Positions 49,122 to 57,171 of a stretch of 64,000 nt of DNA are shown in pieces. Position numbers and translations under genes: made by a program. Numbering within the stretch: position 1 is the stretch's first letter; each line of letters starts with the position of its first letter. The notes under the pieces were generated by a model. It did not search any database and had not been told where the DNA came from. It saw nothing but the letters and a program-made list of their open reading frames with translations. The DNA is from a plasmid, in the sequence record NZ_CP013482.1, one strand, 5' to 3'.

Positions 49122-49832
49122 TTACTTCCCATTTTCCGAAACGCCGAACTCAGCGGCTTCGCCATCTCGCGTGCAGGAAGCCCAAATTCGCTTAACCTGG
49201 CTGATACTGCATCCCGCCATACGCGCTGTTTCAGCGATGGTGTGTCCAGCTTTCCTAAACGCGATAACGCGCTCGTTCACGGCAGTATTGGGCTTGCGCC
49301 CACGATACTTTCCAGCAGCTCGGGCAAGAGTTATGCCCTGCGCCTGGCGCTGCCGCCGGGTCTCATACTCGTCACGGGCCATCTGCAAAGCGAGCCGCAT
49401 GAGCATTTGCTGCACCGACTCAAGGACAACCCGAGCAACGCCCTCCGATTTCTCGGACAACTCCGACAAATCGATCACACCAGGCACGGCCAACGTCGCT
49501 CCTTTGTCGCGTATCGATCCAATCAGGCGCTCGGCGTCGGGCAATGGAAGGCGACTAATGCGATCAATTTTTTCCGCGATGACCACATCCCCCGGTTGCA
49601 GGTCAGCAATCATTCGCAGTAGCTCTGGTCTATCCACGCGGGCACCGGACGCTTTCTCACGGTACACACCTGCTACGTAGTACCCTGCCCTCCTCGCCTC
49701 GTCTACAAGCCCCTCTTGCCTCTCTATGTCCTGTTGCGCAGTGCTTACGCGCAAATAGATTCGGGCGACCTTGATAGCCGCCCGATCACGCTTGCGAGAA
49801 GCGGCGGTTTTGCTCGTCTGACGCGCGACCAC
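49122..49832 (-). CDS. Serine recombinase (resolvase/invertase family)
   Basis: YLRVSTAQQD catalytic Ser region; C-terminal HTH. Confidence 0.8.
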   Translation of the reverse strand: MVARQTSKTAASRKRDRAAIKVARIYLRVSTAQQDIERQEGLVDEARRAGYYVAGVYREKASGARVDRPELLRMIADLQPGDVVIAEKIDRISRLPLPDAERLIGSIRDKGATLAVPGVIDLSELSEKSEGVARVVLESVQQMLMRLALQMARDEYETRRQRQAQGITLARAAGKYRGRKPNTAVNERVIAFRKAGHTIAETARMAGCSISQVKRIWASCTRDGEAAEFGVSENGK

Positions 49833-49838
49833 CTCGCT

Positions 49839-50162
49839 TTATCCTTCCGGGGAGATCAAAAAGCGATCCCGCTTTTTACCAACTATCCAAGCGGGCGCTC
49901 GCCCGCGACCACTCCATGTGGCACCCGAAGCAGGGTCCCGGTACTTAGCCGCAAGCGGGCCGCTGCGCTTGCGGCGCGCCCCAAATAGATCCCGCTCGGT
50001 CAATTGGTACTCAACGATAAGGCGTCGAACATCGGCCACAACACTGCCTTTTTCCGCCGCCAGTGCTTTAGCCGCCTCGGCTTCTAATGCCTCAACGCGC
50101 TTGAGGGTCTCTGCTTCAATTGCCTCGATCTGTGCGCGAATCTCTGCATATTTCTTCGTCAT
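49839..50162 (-). CDS. H-NS-like nucleoid-associated (stealth) protein
   Basis: Coiled-coil N-terminus; C-terminal H-NS DNA-binding core TWSGRGRAPAW. Confidence 0.75.
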   Translation of the reverse strand: MTKKYAEIRAQIEAIEAETLKRVEALEAEAAKALAAEKGSVVADVRRLIVEYQLTERDLFGARRKRSGPLAAKYRDPASGATWSGRGRAPAWIVGKKRDRFLISPEG

Positions 50163-50383
50163 GTTATCTCTGTGTCAGCTTTGGTTATTTTTGATTCCGC
50201 TTGCCGGTTTATCTGCCTTGGTGGAAGCAATATCGCCGATGCGATTCCGGAAAGTCTCTCGGTCATTTTGGGTATACCTAATTTAACCATACGAATTTTA
50301 GTAGCCCAAATATACAAGAGGCAACTCAAAAAAGCCATCTATTTTTGGACCACCTAAAAGAGCCTATTTTTCACTTGCGTCAT

Positions 50384-50432
50384 TAGCTCAGGTTAGCTAA
50401 TATGAGTCATCAAACCAAGGTTAGCTAAGGAG
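50384..50432 (+). promoter_or_regulatory. vapBC operator: three direct repeats of (A)GGTTAGCTAA spanning the promoter and RBS
   Basis: ttagctcAGGTTAGCTAAtatgagtcatcaaaccAAGGTTAGCTAAggagg. Confidence 0.5.
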
Positions 50433-50437
50433 GTGCC

Positions 50438-50674
50438 ATGCAAACCGTCAACATCCACGACGCCAAATCGCAATTGTCGAAGCTCATCGAGCGCGCCAAG
50501 AGTGGCGAGGACGTTGTTATCGCCAAGGCGGGGGAGCCGGTCGCCCGTCTCGTCGCCTTCGTCCCGGCCAAGCCGGAACGCCGCTTCGGTGGCCTCAAGG
50601 GTAAGATCCGTATCGCTTCGGATTTCGACGACGCCTTGCCGGCCGATGTGCTTGCCGCGTTTGAGGGACAGTGA
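50438..50674 (+). CDS. vapB: Phd/YefM-type antitoxin (VapB)
   Basis: MQTVNIHDAKSQLSKLIERA.. antitoxin fold; overlaps the toxin start. Confidence 0.8.
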   Translation: MQTVNIHDAKSQLSKLIERAKSGEDVVIAKAGEPVARLVAFVPAKPERRFGGLKGKIRIASDFDDALPADVLAAFEGQ

Positions 50675-51051
50675 TGCGCTTGCTTCTCGACACGCACGTT
50701 TTTCTGTGGGCTGTCACAGACGACCCGAAACTGAGCCTTGCTTCGCGTGAGGTTATTCAGTTGGCTGATGAGGTCTACGTAAGCGCCGCGAGCATTTGGG
50801 AGATTTCTATTAAGGCCGGTCTCGGCAAGATCGACGTCGATCCGACCGCCCTTACGGCGGAGATACGCGCGGCTGGCTTTTTGGAGTTGCCGATCACTAC
50901 GGCGCATGCCGCCAAGGTATGCACACTGCCCGACATTCATCGTGACCCGTTCGACCGGCTGCTGGTCGCGCAAGCGATGTGTGAGCCGCTACAGCTATTC
51001 ACAGCAGATGCCAATGTCTTGAAGTACACAGACTTGGCCTGGCGCGTGTAA
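50671..51051 (+). CDS. vapC: PIN-domain toxin VapC
   Basis: LLDTHVFLW...; conserved acidic residues. Confidence 0.8.
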   Translation: MMRLLLDTHVFLWAVTDDPKLSLASREVIQLADEVYVSAASIWEISIKAGLGKIDVDPTALTAEIRAAGFLELPITTAHAAKVCTLPDIHRDPFDRLLVAQAMCEPLQLFTADANVLKYTDLAWRV

Positions 51052-51074
51052 TTCGATGAACATAGGAGCAACAA

Positions 51075-51320
51075 ATGGAATTTCTTGTGAATCCGCTCGT
51101 GTGGGGTATCTCAACAGTCGCAATGGCCGTCTCTGGTCTCACCATGTTTTACGCCAGCATGGCGGGAATCCCGCTGAACCAACGGGTCTATTGGGTCGTG
51201 TTGTTGGCAAGCATGCTCGTTGCGGCCATCAACTCCGTGAGCAGCGTTTCAGGCATGGTGTGCAGCAGTTTCATACCTCCGTTCGGTTGCTCCGGCGGCG
51301 TCTTCTTTCCAAAATCCTAA
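51075..51320 (+). CDS. Small membrane protein
   Basis: 81 aa, two TM helices. Confidence 0.45.
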   Translation: MEFLVNPLVWGISTVAMAVSGLTMFYASMAGIPLNQRVYWVVLLASMLVAAINSVSSVSGMVCSSFIPPFGCSGGVFFPKS

Positions 51321-51332
51321 TCAGGGTCACTC

Positions 51333-51572
51333 ATGGCATTTCCGAAACGCATCATCGCTCTGCTCGCCATCTCCGTGGTGTGCGTCATCGCTGTACTGAT
51401 GGTAACGCGTCATGAGTCCAGCAGCGCTGTTGCAACGAGCGCTGCGAACATCGACGCTTGCGACAGGGACGCACAGCGCGCAGCGGGCTTGTCCGACGCC
51501 GCGCAACGCGAGCTGGCCGACAAGTGCTTCCGCTCAGGCTCTTTCACCAAGAGTGAGAAGCGAGAGTGGTAA
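51333..51572 (+). CDS. Small membrane-anchored protein
   Basis: N-terminal TM; overlaps the next gene. Confidence 0.45.
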   Translation: MAFPKRIIALLAISVVCVIAVLMVTRHESSSAVATSAANIDACDRDAQRAAGLSDAAQRELADKCFRSGSFTKSEKREW

Positions 51573-51898
51573 TGCCCATCATCACGAGCCGGCCACTCAC
51601 GGCAAAGGAAGAGAAGACTCTTGCTGTACTCCAGGGCGCGCTTGTTGGATTTGTCGCGAACGGCTCGATTGCGCTGGTGTCGCCGGTTGACTTCGCTCAG
51701 ATCATGCACAAACCGTCTGTGAACGAGATTCGGCAAGCCATCAATAGCCTGATGAGCGTGACGTGGACGCCACACGACCGGCCCGGAAACCAGCGGCCGA
51801 TAATCATGGCCTACGGTTCTCGAGACGGCGTGAATGCGTTCCTGGTGGAGTTCAACAGAGCCTACGTCGACGCCTTGAATAGCGAACCAATCCACTAG
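51566..51898 (+). CDS. Hypothetical protein, 110 aa
   Basis: Translationally coupled trio 51075..51898. Confidence 0.45.
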   Translation: MVMPIITSRPLTAKEEKTLAVLQGALVGFVANGSIALVSPVDFAQIMHKPSVNEIRQAINSLMSVTWTPHDRPGNQRPIIMAYGSRDGVNAFLVEFNRAYVDALNSEPIH

Positions 51899-52008
51899 CC
51901 GTACTAGCAAACTAGACGGGGCCGTAATGTACGTGACACCTCAGATTGTCACCCTGAAAAACTGAATCTCCGCGCCGGCCGGCCGCCGACAACCAGCAAT
52001 CACTAACT

Positions 52009-52641
52009 TTGAACCTTATGCCCGCGCAATTCCGTGTGATTCTCGACGCCTATTCCCTTCAGAAATTTCACGTTGACCAAACCGAGTATCAAAAGCGGTT
52101 GGTTGCTGTTTTGCCGGACTTTGAGCTGTCGTTCAGCGTCGGAACAACAGGCGGCGACACGATCGCGATTCGTGATGGAATACAACTAGTCGAAGCGACA
52201 AACGCGGACAAGACTCAGCAGACCCAGTTTTTTCAAGCGGCCAAAAAGGTATGGGCGGATCTCATGCGAGCGACGAAGACGTATCCGGTCAACGCCCGGG
52301 AACGCAACTTCCGCGTGACCGTCATTTCGACAATCAACGGGTACACCGCATCCGTTGTTGAGCGCATCGCTAGTCAGGAGCAGCCGGTTGCTCTCAACGT
52401 CCCGCTCCACGCGAGTATCAATCCGGGTTCGTTCTATCAGCACCGTCACTGGTTTCTGAAGATGCTCCTTGAGTTCGTAGATAGCGAGCTGATGGCGTGG
52501 GCTGTGACGAAATGCGACGGAGAAGCCGGCCCTGGCAAACATAACGCTCACATTCTCGCAAATCTGCTCGGATGGCCTGAAGGGTATCCGGACGCCTGCG
52601 GTGACGATCTTTCGCGCCTTCAGGTGCCGCGATTGGACTGA
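52009..52641 (+). CDS. Hypothetical protein, 210 aa
   Basis: Clean ORF, convergent with the minus-strand operon. Confidence 0.5.
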   Translation: MNLMPAQFRVILDAYSLQKFHVDQTEYQKRLVAVLPDFELSFSVGTTGGDTIAIRDGIQLVEATNADKTQQTQFFQAAKKVWADLMRATKTYPVNARERNFRVTVISTINGYTASVVERIASQEQPVALNVPLHASINPGSFYQHRHWFLKMLLEFVDSELMAWAVTKCDGEAGPGKHNAHILANLLGWPEGYPDACGDDLSRLQVPRLD

Positions 52642-53210
52642 AATACCTGATCGACTCGATTTTCGTCCGGCCGAGGTGTTTCGAGTGTGCTGGCAGTTGA
52701 GGCGAACAATCCCGATCGAGCGGCGTCGGGATTCGCAATGGTGCCGAAGGATGCAGCCTTAACTGCGTTCTCGGCCAGCAGCAATACTTGCTCAACTGCG
52801 CCGATCAATTGAGCCGGGTTCGGCGTCACGAACCCATTTAGACCTTGCGGATACCGACCACGATACGGCCAGTCGTGGAGCGTATTCAGCAGCACACACC
52901 AATCCGGGGGCGACGTGGGAGCGACAAGCGCCAACTTGGCTGCTGCGCCCCACAACGCACTGAGATCGTGCCCAAATGGCTTCTTGCTCAACTTCGAGGC
53001 AGGTATCTTCGCGGACCAGAGCAGCGCCTTCAACGCCCCCTCAAGTGCCTGGGCAGCGAGCAGCGCACCGGGTAGATGAGTTTCCACGGTGCTCGCCTCT
53101 AATGCCTTCGCCCCCTGCCAAAGCTGTTTGGCGGTCACCAAGAAACTCTCGCCGTCCGAGGGCCGCCGGAAGGCAACAGGCGGTGTGACCATCATTACGT
53201 GTCCATTCAT
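52620..53210 (-). CDS. Hypothetical protein (operon gene 11)
   Basis: ORF 196 aa. Confidence 0.45.
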   Translation of the reverse strand: MNGHVMMVTPPVAFRRPSDGESFLVTAKQLWQGAKALEASTVETHLPGALLAAQALEGALKALLWSAKIPASKLSKKPFGHDLSALWGAAAKLALVAPTSPPDWCVLLNTLHDWPYRGRYPQGLNGFVTPNPAQLIGAVEQVLLLAENAVKAASFGTIANPDAARSGLFASTASTLETPRPDENRVDQVFQSNRGT

Positions 53211-53234
53211 CTCGGGCAGCTCACTTTTTCCTTG

Positions 53235-53735
53235 TCACTTTACACAACGCAACGCAGCAACCGGGGCAGGCGCGTCACCCGCTTTGTTGCGAAGATCCGG
53301 ATAGCGCGCCTCAATCGTCGTTGCGTTTCCGGTTGGTGGGTTGTGTGCCGTTCCATTGATGCAAACTGCGGCACGACCGGTTTCATCGAAACCCATGTGG
53401 ACCGCCGCGCTTTCGGGTACAGCGCCGATGCCGCTAACATAAACCGTCTGCTGTCCGGCGACCGTCTTCAATGTGGACCAAACTGTAGTTACCGTGTAGG
53501 CCACAGTCGATATTGCGAGCACCGCCGTCAACGCAATCATCACCGCTTGCTGACGCCCTTGTGCCTTACCATCCTTCTCTGCTTGGCTAAGAATTTTGTC
53601 CAGGCGGTGTGAGAGTCCATTCATCGCCTCGTTCGTTCGATGCTGCATGATGCGCTGATACTTCTGCCCCTCCCCTGGCGCAACGAAATCAGCGTTCAGA
53701 ATTGTGTCGAGATGAATGTCCTTCCAGTGGGTCAT
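53235..53735 (-). CDS. Membrane-anchored hypothetical protein (operon gene 10)
   Basis: Single TM segment. Confidence 0.45.
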   Translation of the reverse strand: MTHWKDIHLDTILNADFVAPGEGQKYQRIMQHRTNEAMNGLSHRLDKILSQAEKDGKAQGRQQAVMIALTAVLAISTVAYTVTTVWSTLKTVAGQQTVYVSGIGAVPESAAVHMGFDETGRAAVCINGTAHNPPTGNATTIEARYPDLRNKAGDAPAPVAALRCVK

Positions 53736-53750
53736 TATGTTTTCCAGTTG

Positions 53751-54083
53751 CTAAAGTGAACTGATGCGCGCCGGGTCTGTACCTACAGACCGGATGGCGA
53801 GCCATACTTGCAAGCGCTCTTCCGGTTCAGCCACTGGATGGGCGAGATCAATCCCGAAGGGCTTCACAATAGCGAACACCCCGGGCGCAATGTTGTACAG
53901 TCGGTCGACTCGCCGCTCGGCTCCTATGACCTCGCGAATTCTCTGGAAAAGGCGCTGCCTCTCCCATCGGACTGGGGACCTAGCCCTAAACGGCAAACCC
54001 GATAGGTGCGCTAGGGCAGCGTCTATGTCTGATTCGGATACCACCATCGCCTGCGGTGATCTCCAGAGGGTTGCGAGACTCAT
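53751..54083 (-). CDS. Hypothetical protein (operon gene 9)
   Basis: ORF 110 aa. Confidence 0.4.
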   Translation of the reverse strand: MSLATLWRSPQAMVVSESDIDAALAHLSGLPFRARSPVRWERQRLFQRIREVIGAERRVDRLYNIAPGVFAIVKPFGIDLAHPVAEPEERLQVWLAIRSVGTDPARISSL

Positions 54084-54104
54084 ATCGCCTTTTCCGCGGT
54101 TTTC

Positions 54105-54446
54105 CTAAAGCGCTGACGGTCGCAGATAGACCTTGTCACTGCTTCGATACTTCCGAAGGAATTCGGCCAAGAATGACCTCACCGCATCGTAGTCGTCGAG
54201 AAATGCCATGACCTCTGGATCGCTCTCATCGTCTTCAGGAAGGTCATGATTAACGAAGTACTGCAAGGCCATCTGCCACTTGACGTCCTCCTCCTCCGTG
54301 ATTTGGTAGTTCGCTTCCAACCACTTGTACTCGTCTGACGTGCCGTCTAATCCCGGTTCTCCCCAGACGCGCTCCATCTCGCCGATGACGGAATAGAACA
54401 TCGAAGTTTCAATTCCGTCGTCGTCTTCATCTACGGGCGTGGTCAT
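54105..54446 (-). CDS. Highly acidic protein (DNA-mimic or anti-restriction candidate)
   Basis: 113 aa rich in D/E (MTTPVDEDDDGIE..EEEDVKW..EDDESDPE). Confidence 0.45.
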   Translation of the reverse strand: MTTPVDEDDDGIETSMFYSVIGEMERVWGEPGLDGTSDEYKWLEANYQITEEEDVKWQMALQYFVNHDLPEDDESDPEVMAFLDDYDAVRSFLAEFLRKYRSSDKVYLRPSAL

Positions 54447-54454
54447 GATTCTTC

Positions 54455-54730
54455 CTATTTGACGTCAGCTTTGCGATCGCGAAACTGCTTTGCGATTTCC
54501 CGCGCGCGCTCCGCGCCTTTCTTCGACGCCTCCGCGAGTTTCCCGTTTTCTGCCGACATGCGTCCTGCCGTCGCTCCGCCTCGCATTTTTGCTTCGAGGG
54601 GTTGTAGTGCCCCGATTTCGGCTGCTCCGCCGACAGTCATCCATGCCAACTGGTGCTCCTTATTGACGAAGACTCTCTGTCCCTTCACAGGCTCACCGCA
54701 TCCACATTTGCAGTTCCGCATCACGGCCAC
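54455..54730 (-). CDS. Small CxCGCG-motif protein
   Basis: NCKCGCGEPV N-terminus. Confidence 0.4.
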   Translation of the reverse strand: MAVMRNCKCGCGEPVKGQRVFVNKEHQLAWMTVGGAAEIGALQPLEAKMRGGATAGRMSAENGKLAEASKKGAERAREIAKQFRDRKADVK

Positions 54731-54736
54731 TCCCGT

Positions 54737-54958
54737 CTAGTTGTTCGGATGTCCAACATAGCAACCAGCAAGCACGAACAGTGCCGTGAACTCATGCTGA
54801 CAAGACTCGCACACGTACTCCTGGTGAACCGTCTTGGTGCCGATCGCGCAAGCACCCATCGTCACCTCTGTTGATTCGCAGGATGGGCACAGCGTCGTGC
54901 TGGACGCGATGACTCGGTCCTTCCATTCGTCAGTTCCAAGCATCCTGCTCTCCTGCAA
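54737..54958 (-). CDS. Zinc-ribbon protein (two CxxC pairs)
   Basis: CPSCES..CESCQHEF. Confidence 0.45.
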   Translation of the reverse strand: MQESRMLGTDEWKDRVIASSTTLCPSCESTEVTMGACAIGTKTVHQEYVCESCQHEFTALFVLAGCYVGHPNN

Positions 54959-55067
54959 ATTTCATGGCAATCTTTCCGTTGTCAGCGGAGCCAGCCCTAA
55001 TGCCGCATGGCTTCCTCGGGATCTGGATGTCCTTGTAGGTCGCCATAGCGGGCTTGTGCTTTCTGGC

Positions 55068-55565
55068 CTAAGTCACGATGAACGTGGTAGCGTTGGCAAC
55101 CCGGCTTCTGAGCATCTTGTTCCACAGCTCGCGCCGACGGTGCTCATGGATTTCGCCCCAAGGCACCAGCTCGATCCCGGCCATTTCGTAGTCCCCGCGA
55201 GCGCGCATCGCGGCGTAGTTCTCCGCGCTCGTAACGATGTGGACGGACTCGCACTCAATCACAGTTCGCACGAACTCGTCAGGGTCCTGTCGCTGCTCCC
55301 GTCGATGTCGATCAACAAGCGCCGTGAGTGTCGTCTGAATTCTCTTGTGGTGCTCTAGTCGCAGGTCGCCGCTTTGACTCGCGATTGCCTCCATTGAAAC
55401 TAGCCCAGAAAACTGCCTCACTCGACGTTTTACACTCTCGGCCATCACGTGCGTGTACCACGCTCTCGCTCGACTGGCCGTCACATTAGGGCGGCCTGAC
55501 AGCCACATTACCTCTTCGTAAATCGAAGTGAGGGCGCGAAGATCGTCTAAGTGTCGGTCGTTCAT
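55068..55565 (-). CDS. Hypothetical protein, 165 aa
   Basis: ORF. Confidence 0.45.
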   Translation of the reverse strand: MNDRHLDDLRALTSIYEEVMWLSGRPNVTASRARAWYTHVMAESVKRRVRQFSGLVSMEAIASQSGDLRLEHHKRIQTTLTALVDRHRREQRQDPDEFVRTVIECESVHIVTSAENYAAMRARGDYEMAGIELVPWGEIHEHRRRELWNKMLRSRVANATTFIVT

Positions 55566-55574
55566 TTTCCGTGG

Positions 55575-56141
55575 TTATCGCCGCATGCGGTCGTTCGGAT
55601 TGGGATACCGTTGCAACACCTCCAACCCCGTTAGCGCGCATGGGTCGATTGTGTACTCTTCCTCGCCAAGCCATCTACTGTGTTTCCCAGGGCCGGAAAT
55701 AATTGCCATTGCGTCAACATTCGCACTGAGTAGAACGCCACCGCCGGAGTAGTAAGCGTTCAGACCACTTCCGAACATTTCTGCGGTACGACGCTGCGAC
55801 GACCAACAGAGGCCAATCCTCCCGGCATTGAAGCGCTCGGTGCTCTCGCCACGATACAGCGTCAACGACGGGCCTTCGTAGCGTGGTAACACGGCCAGCA
55901 GCAGCCGAACCAAGAGCTTGTCGTCGCCGATTTCTTCGCGAATGCGACCTCCGTACGTCACCCAACTGGTGAGGCAATTCTCGCGGTGCTGCCCGTTGGA
56001 GGAGCATTCGTCGGCGACTCGCTGAAGGGCGTCTACCCAGCTCAGGCCATTCGCCTTAGCCTCCTCTCGACTGGGCATATGGTGACCGCCAGAGAGAAAC
56101 GATGACGTCAAAGAAGCAATGCACATTTGCGAGTAAACCAA
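55575..56141 (-). CDS. Hypothetical protein with a weak ADP-ribosyltransferase-like residue pattern (YRG .. S .. EEE); start uncertain
   Basis: LYRGES then SANVD about 42 aa later, then GEEEY. Confidence 0.35.
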   Translation of the reverse strand: MVYSQMCIASLTSSFLSGGHHMPSREEAKANGLSWVDALQRVADECSSNGQHRENCLTSWVTYGGRIREEIGDDKLLVRLLLAVLPRYEGPSLTLYRGESTERFNAGRIGLCWSSQRRTAEMFGSGLNAYYSGGGVLLSANVDAMAIISGPGKHSRWLGEEEYTIDPCALTGLEVLQRYPNPNDRMRR

Positions 56142-56149
56142 CCTTTTTC

Positions 56150-56407
56150 CTAGTGGCTCACGGCCGGATAGACGAAATCTTCGTCGGGCGTAAATTCGTA
56201 CCGGGCAGGATCGCTCTCGAACATCACGTAGCCCTCGACACCCTTCTCGCGGAGCACCTTCACTGCGCGTCGGGCGTTCGCGACCTCAAATTCGTGAAGC
56301 CTGCCCGTGTCGGCAGGGCGACCGCCGCTCGACGCTCCCTCGCCACTGATCAGGAGCGTCATTTCTGCGCCCGAACCGGCCTTGCGTCCAAAAATCTGGC
56401 TTTTCAT
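56150..56407 (-). CDS. Hypothetical protein, 85 aa
   Basis: ORF. Confidence 0.4.
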   Translation of the reverse strand: MKSQIFGRKAGSGAEMTLLISGEGASSGGRPADTGRLHEFEVANARRAVKVLREKGVEGYVMFESDPARYEFTPDEDFVYPAVSH

Positions 56408-56525
56408 CGAGTTTTCCTACACGCCCAACGATCGGCAATCCGCGCACTGCTTTTGCAGATGCCAGCAGGCTCAAACGAACCTGGGTGGCGAGCCGGGAAC
56501 AAACGCTCTCGGCCAAAAAGGTGTT

Positions 56526-56843
56526 TCAGATGTTGTTCTCGCAGAAGCCTGCGAGCGGCACGGGAGACGCGAGTGTTGAAATGATCGTGTACCCCGGATA
56601 AGTCTGCTTTGCGGTTCGTGAGAACGTCGCAACCGCTTCATCCTCGTCCGTGGCCGCGATAATCCCGTGAACAGGCTTAATTACGTCCGTCGAGCCGTCC
56701 TTGCGCATGACTGCGGAGACCATGAATCGAGTCGGTTGGTTGACATGCCAGCCTGCGCGGCCGCCCGGCGCTGCGGATGCATAGCCCTGCGACGAAAGGA
56801 TGGCTGCGAGCAGGATGATCCTCAGCATGGCCGCCTGTCTCAC
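56526..56843 (-). CDS. Secreted hypothetical protein (signal peptide ..AILSSQGYASA)
   Basis: ORF 105 aa. Confidence 0.45.
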   Translation of the reverse strand: MRQAAMLRIILLAAILSSQGYASAAPGGRAGWHVNQPTRFMVSAVMRKDGSTDVIKPVHGIIAATDEDEAVATFSRTAKQTYPGYTIISTLASPVPLAGFCENNI

Positions 56844-57136
56844 AGTTCCGGATTGGCAAGGAATGCCGCCGTTTCGAGCGTGCTTGCGGCATGCTCCCGG
56901 CCCGAAAGTGCAACAGCCACGTGAAACAGGGCGACGGCACGGTTGTTGCTGTCGAGCATCCCCGATGCCGCCCGGATGAGTGCAATACCCTTCACCACCG
57001 CTTTCGCTTGCTCCGACGATCCGGAGCTACCGAGACGCTCCACCATCGATTCCATCGATTCGATTTCCGAGCCAAATTCCATATCACCCTCGCCGTAAGA
57101 GCGGCACATGAGCCGCGCAATGTTCAATGAATACAT
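56840..57136 (-). CDS. Hypothetical protein (operon gene 1)
   Basis: ORF 98 aa; overlaps the next gene. Confidence 0.4.
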   Translation of the reverse strand: MYSLNIARLMCRSYGEGDMEFGSEIESMESMVERLGSSGSSEQAKAVVKGIALIRAASGMLDSNNRAVALFHVAVALSGREHAASTLETAAFLANPEL

Positions 57137-57171
57137 TGTAGATAATTATTGTGTTGCGCGCAACCCAATAA

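Noticed and set aside
50384-50432. GGTTAGCTAA repeats as additional KorA operators
   Set aside because: They lack the full GTTTAGCTAAAC palindrome and sit directly upstream of vapB, so they fit antitoxin autoregulation sites better.
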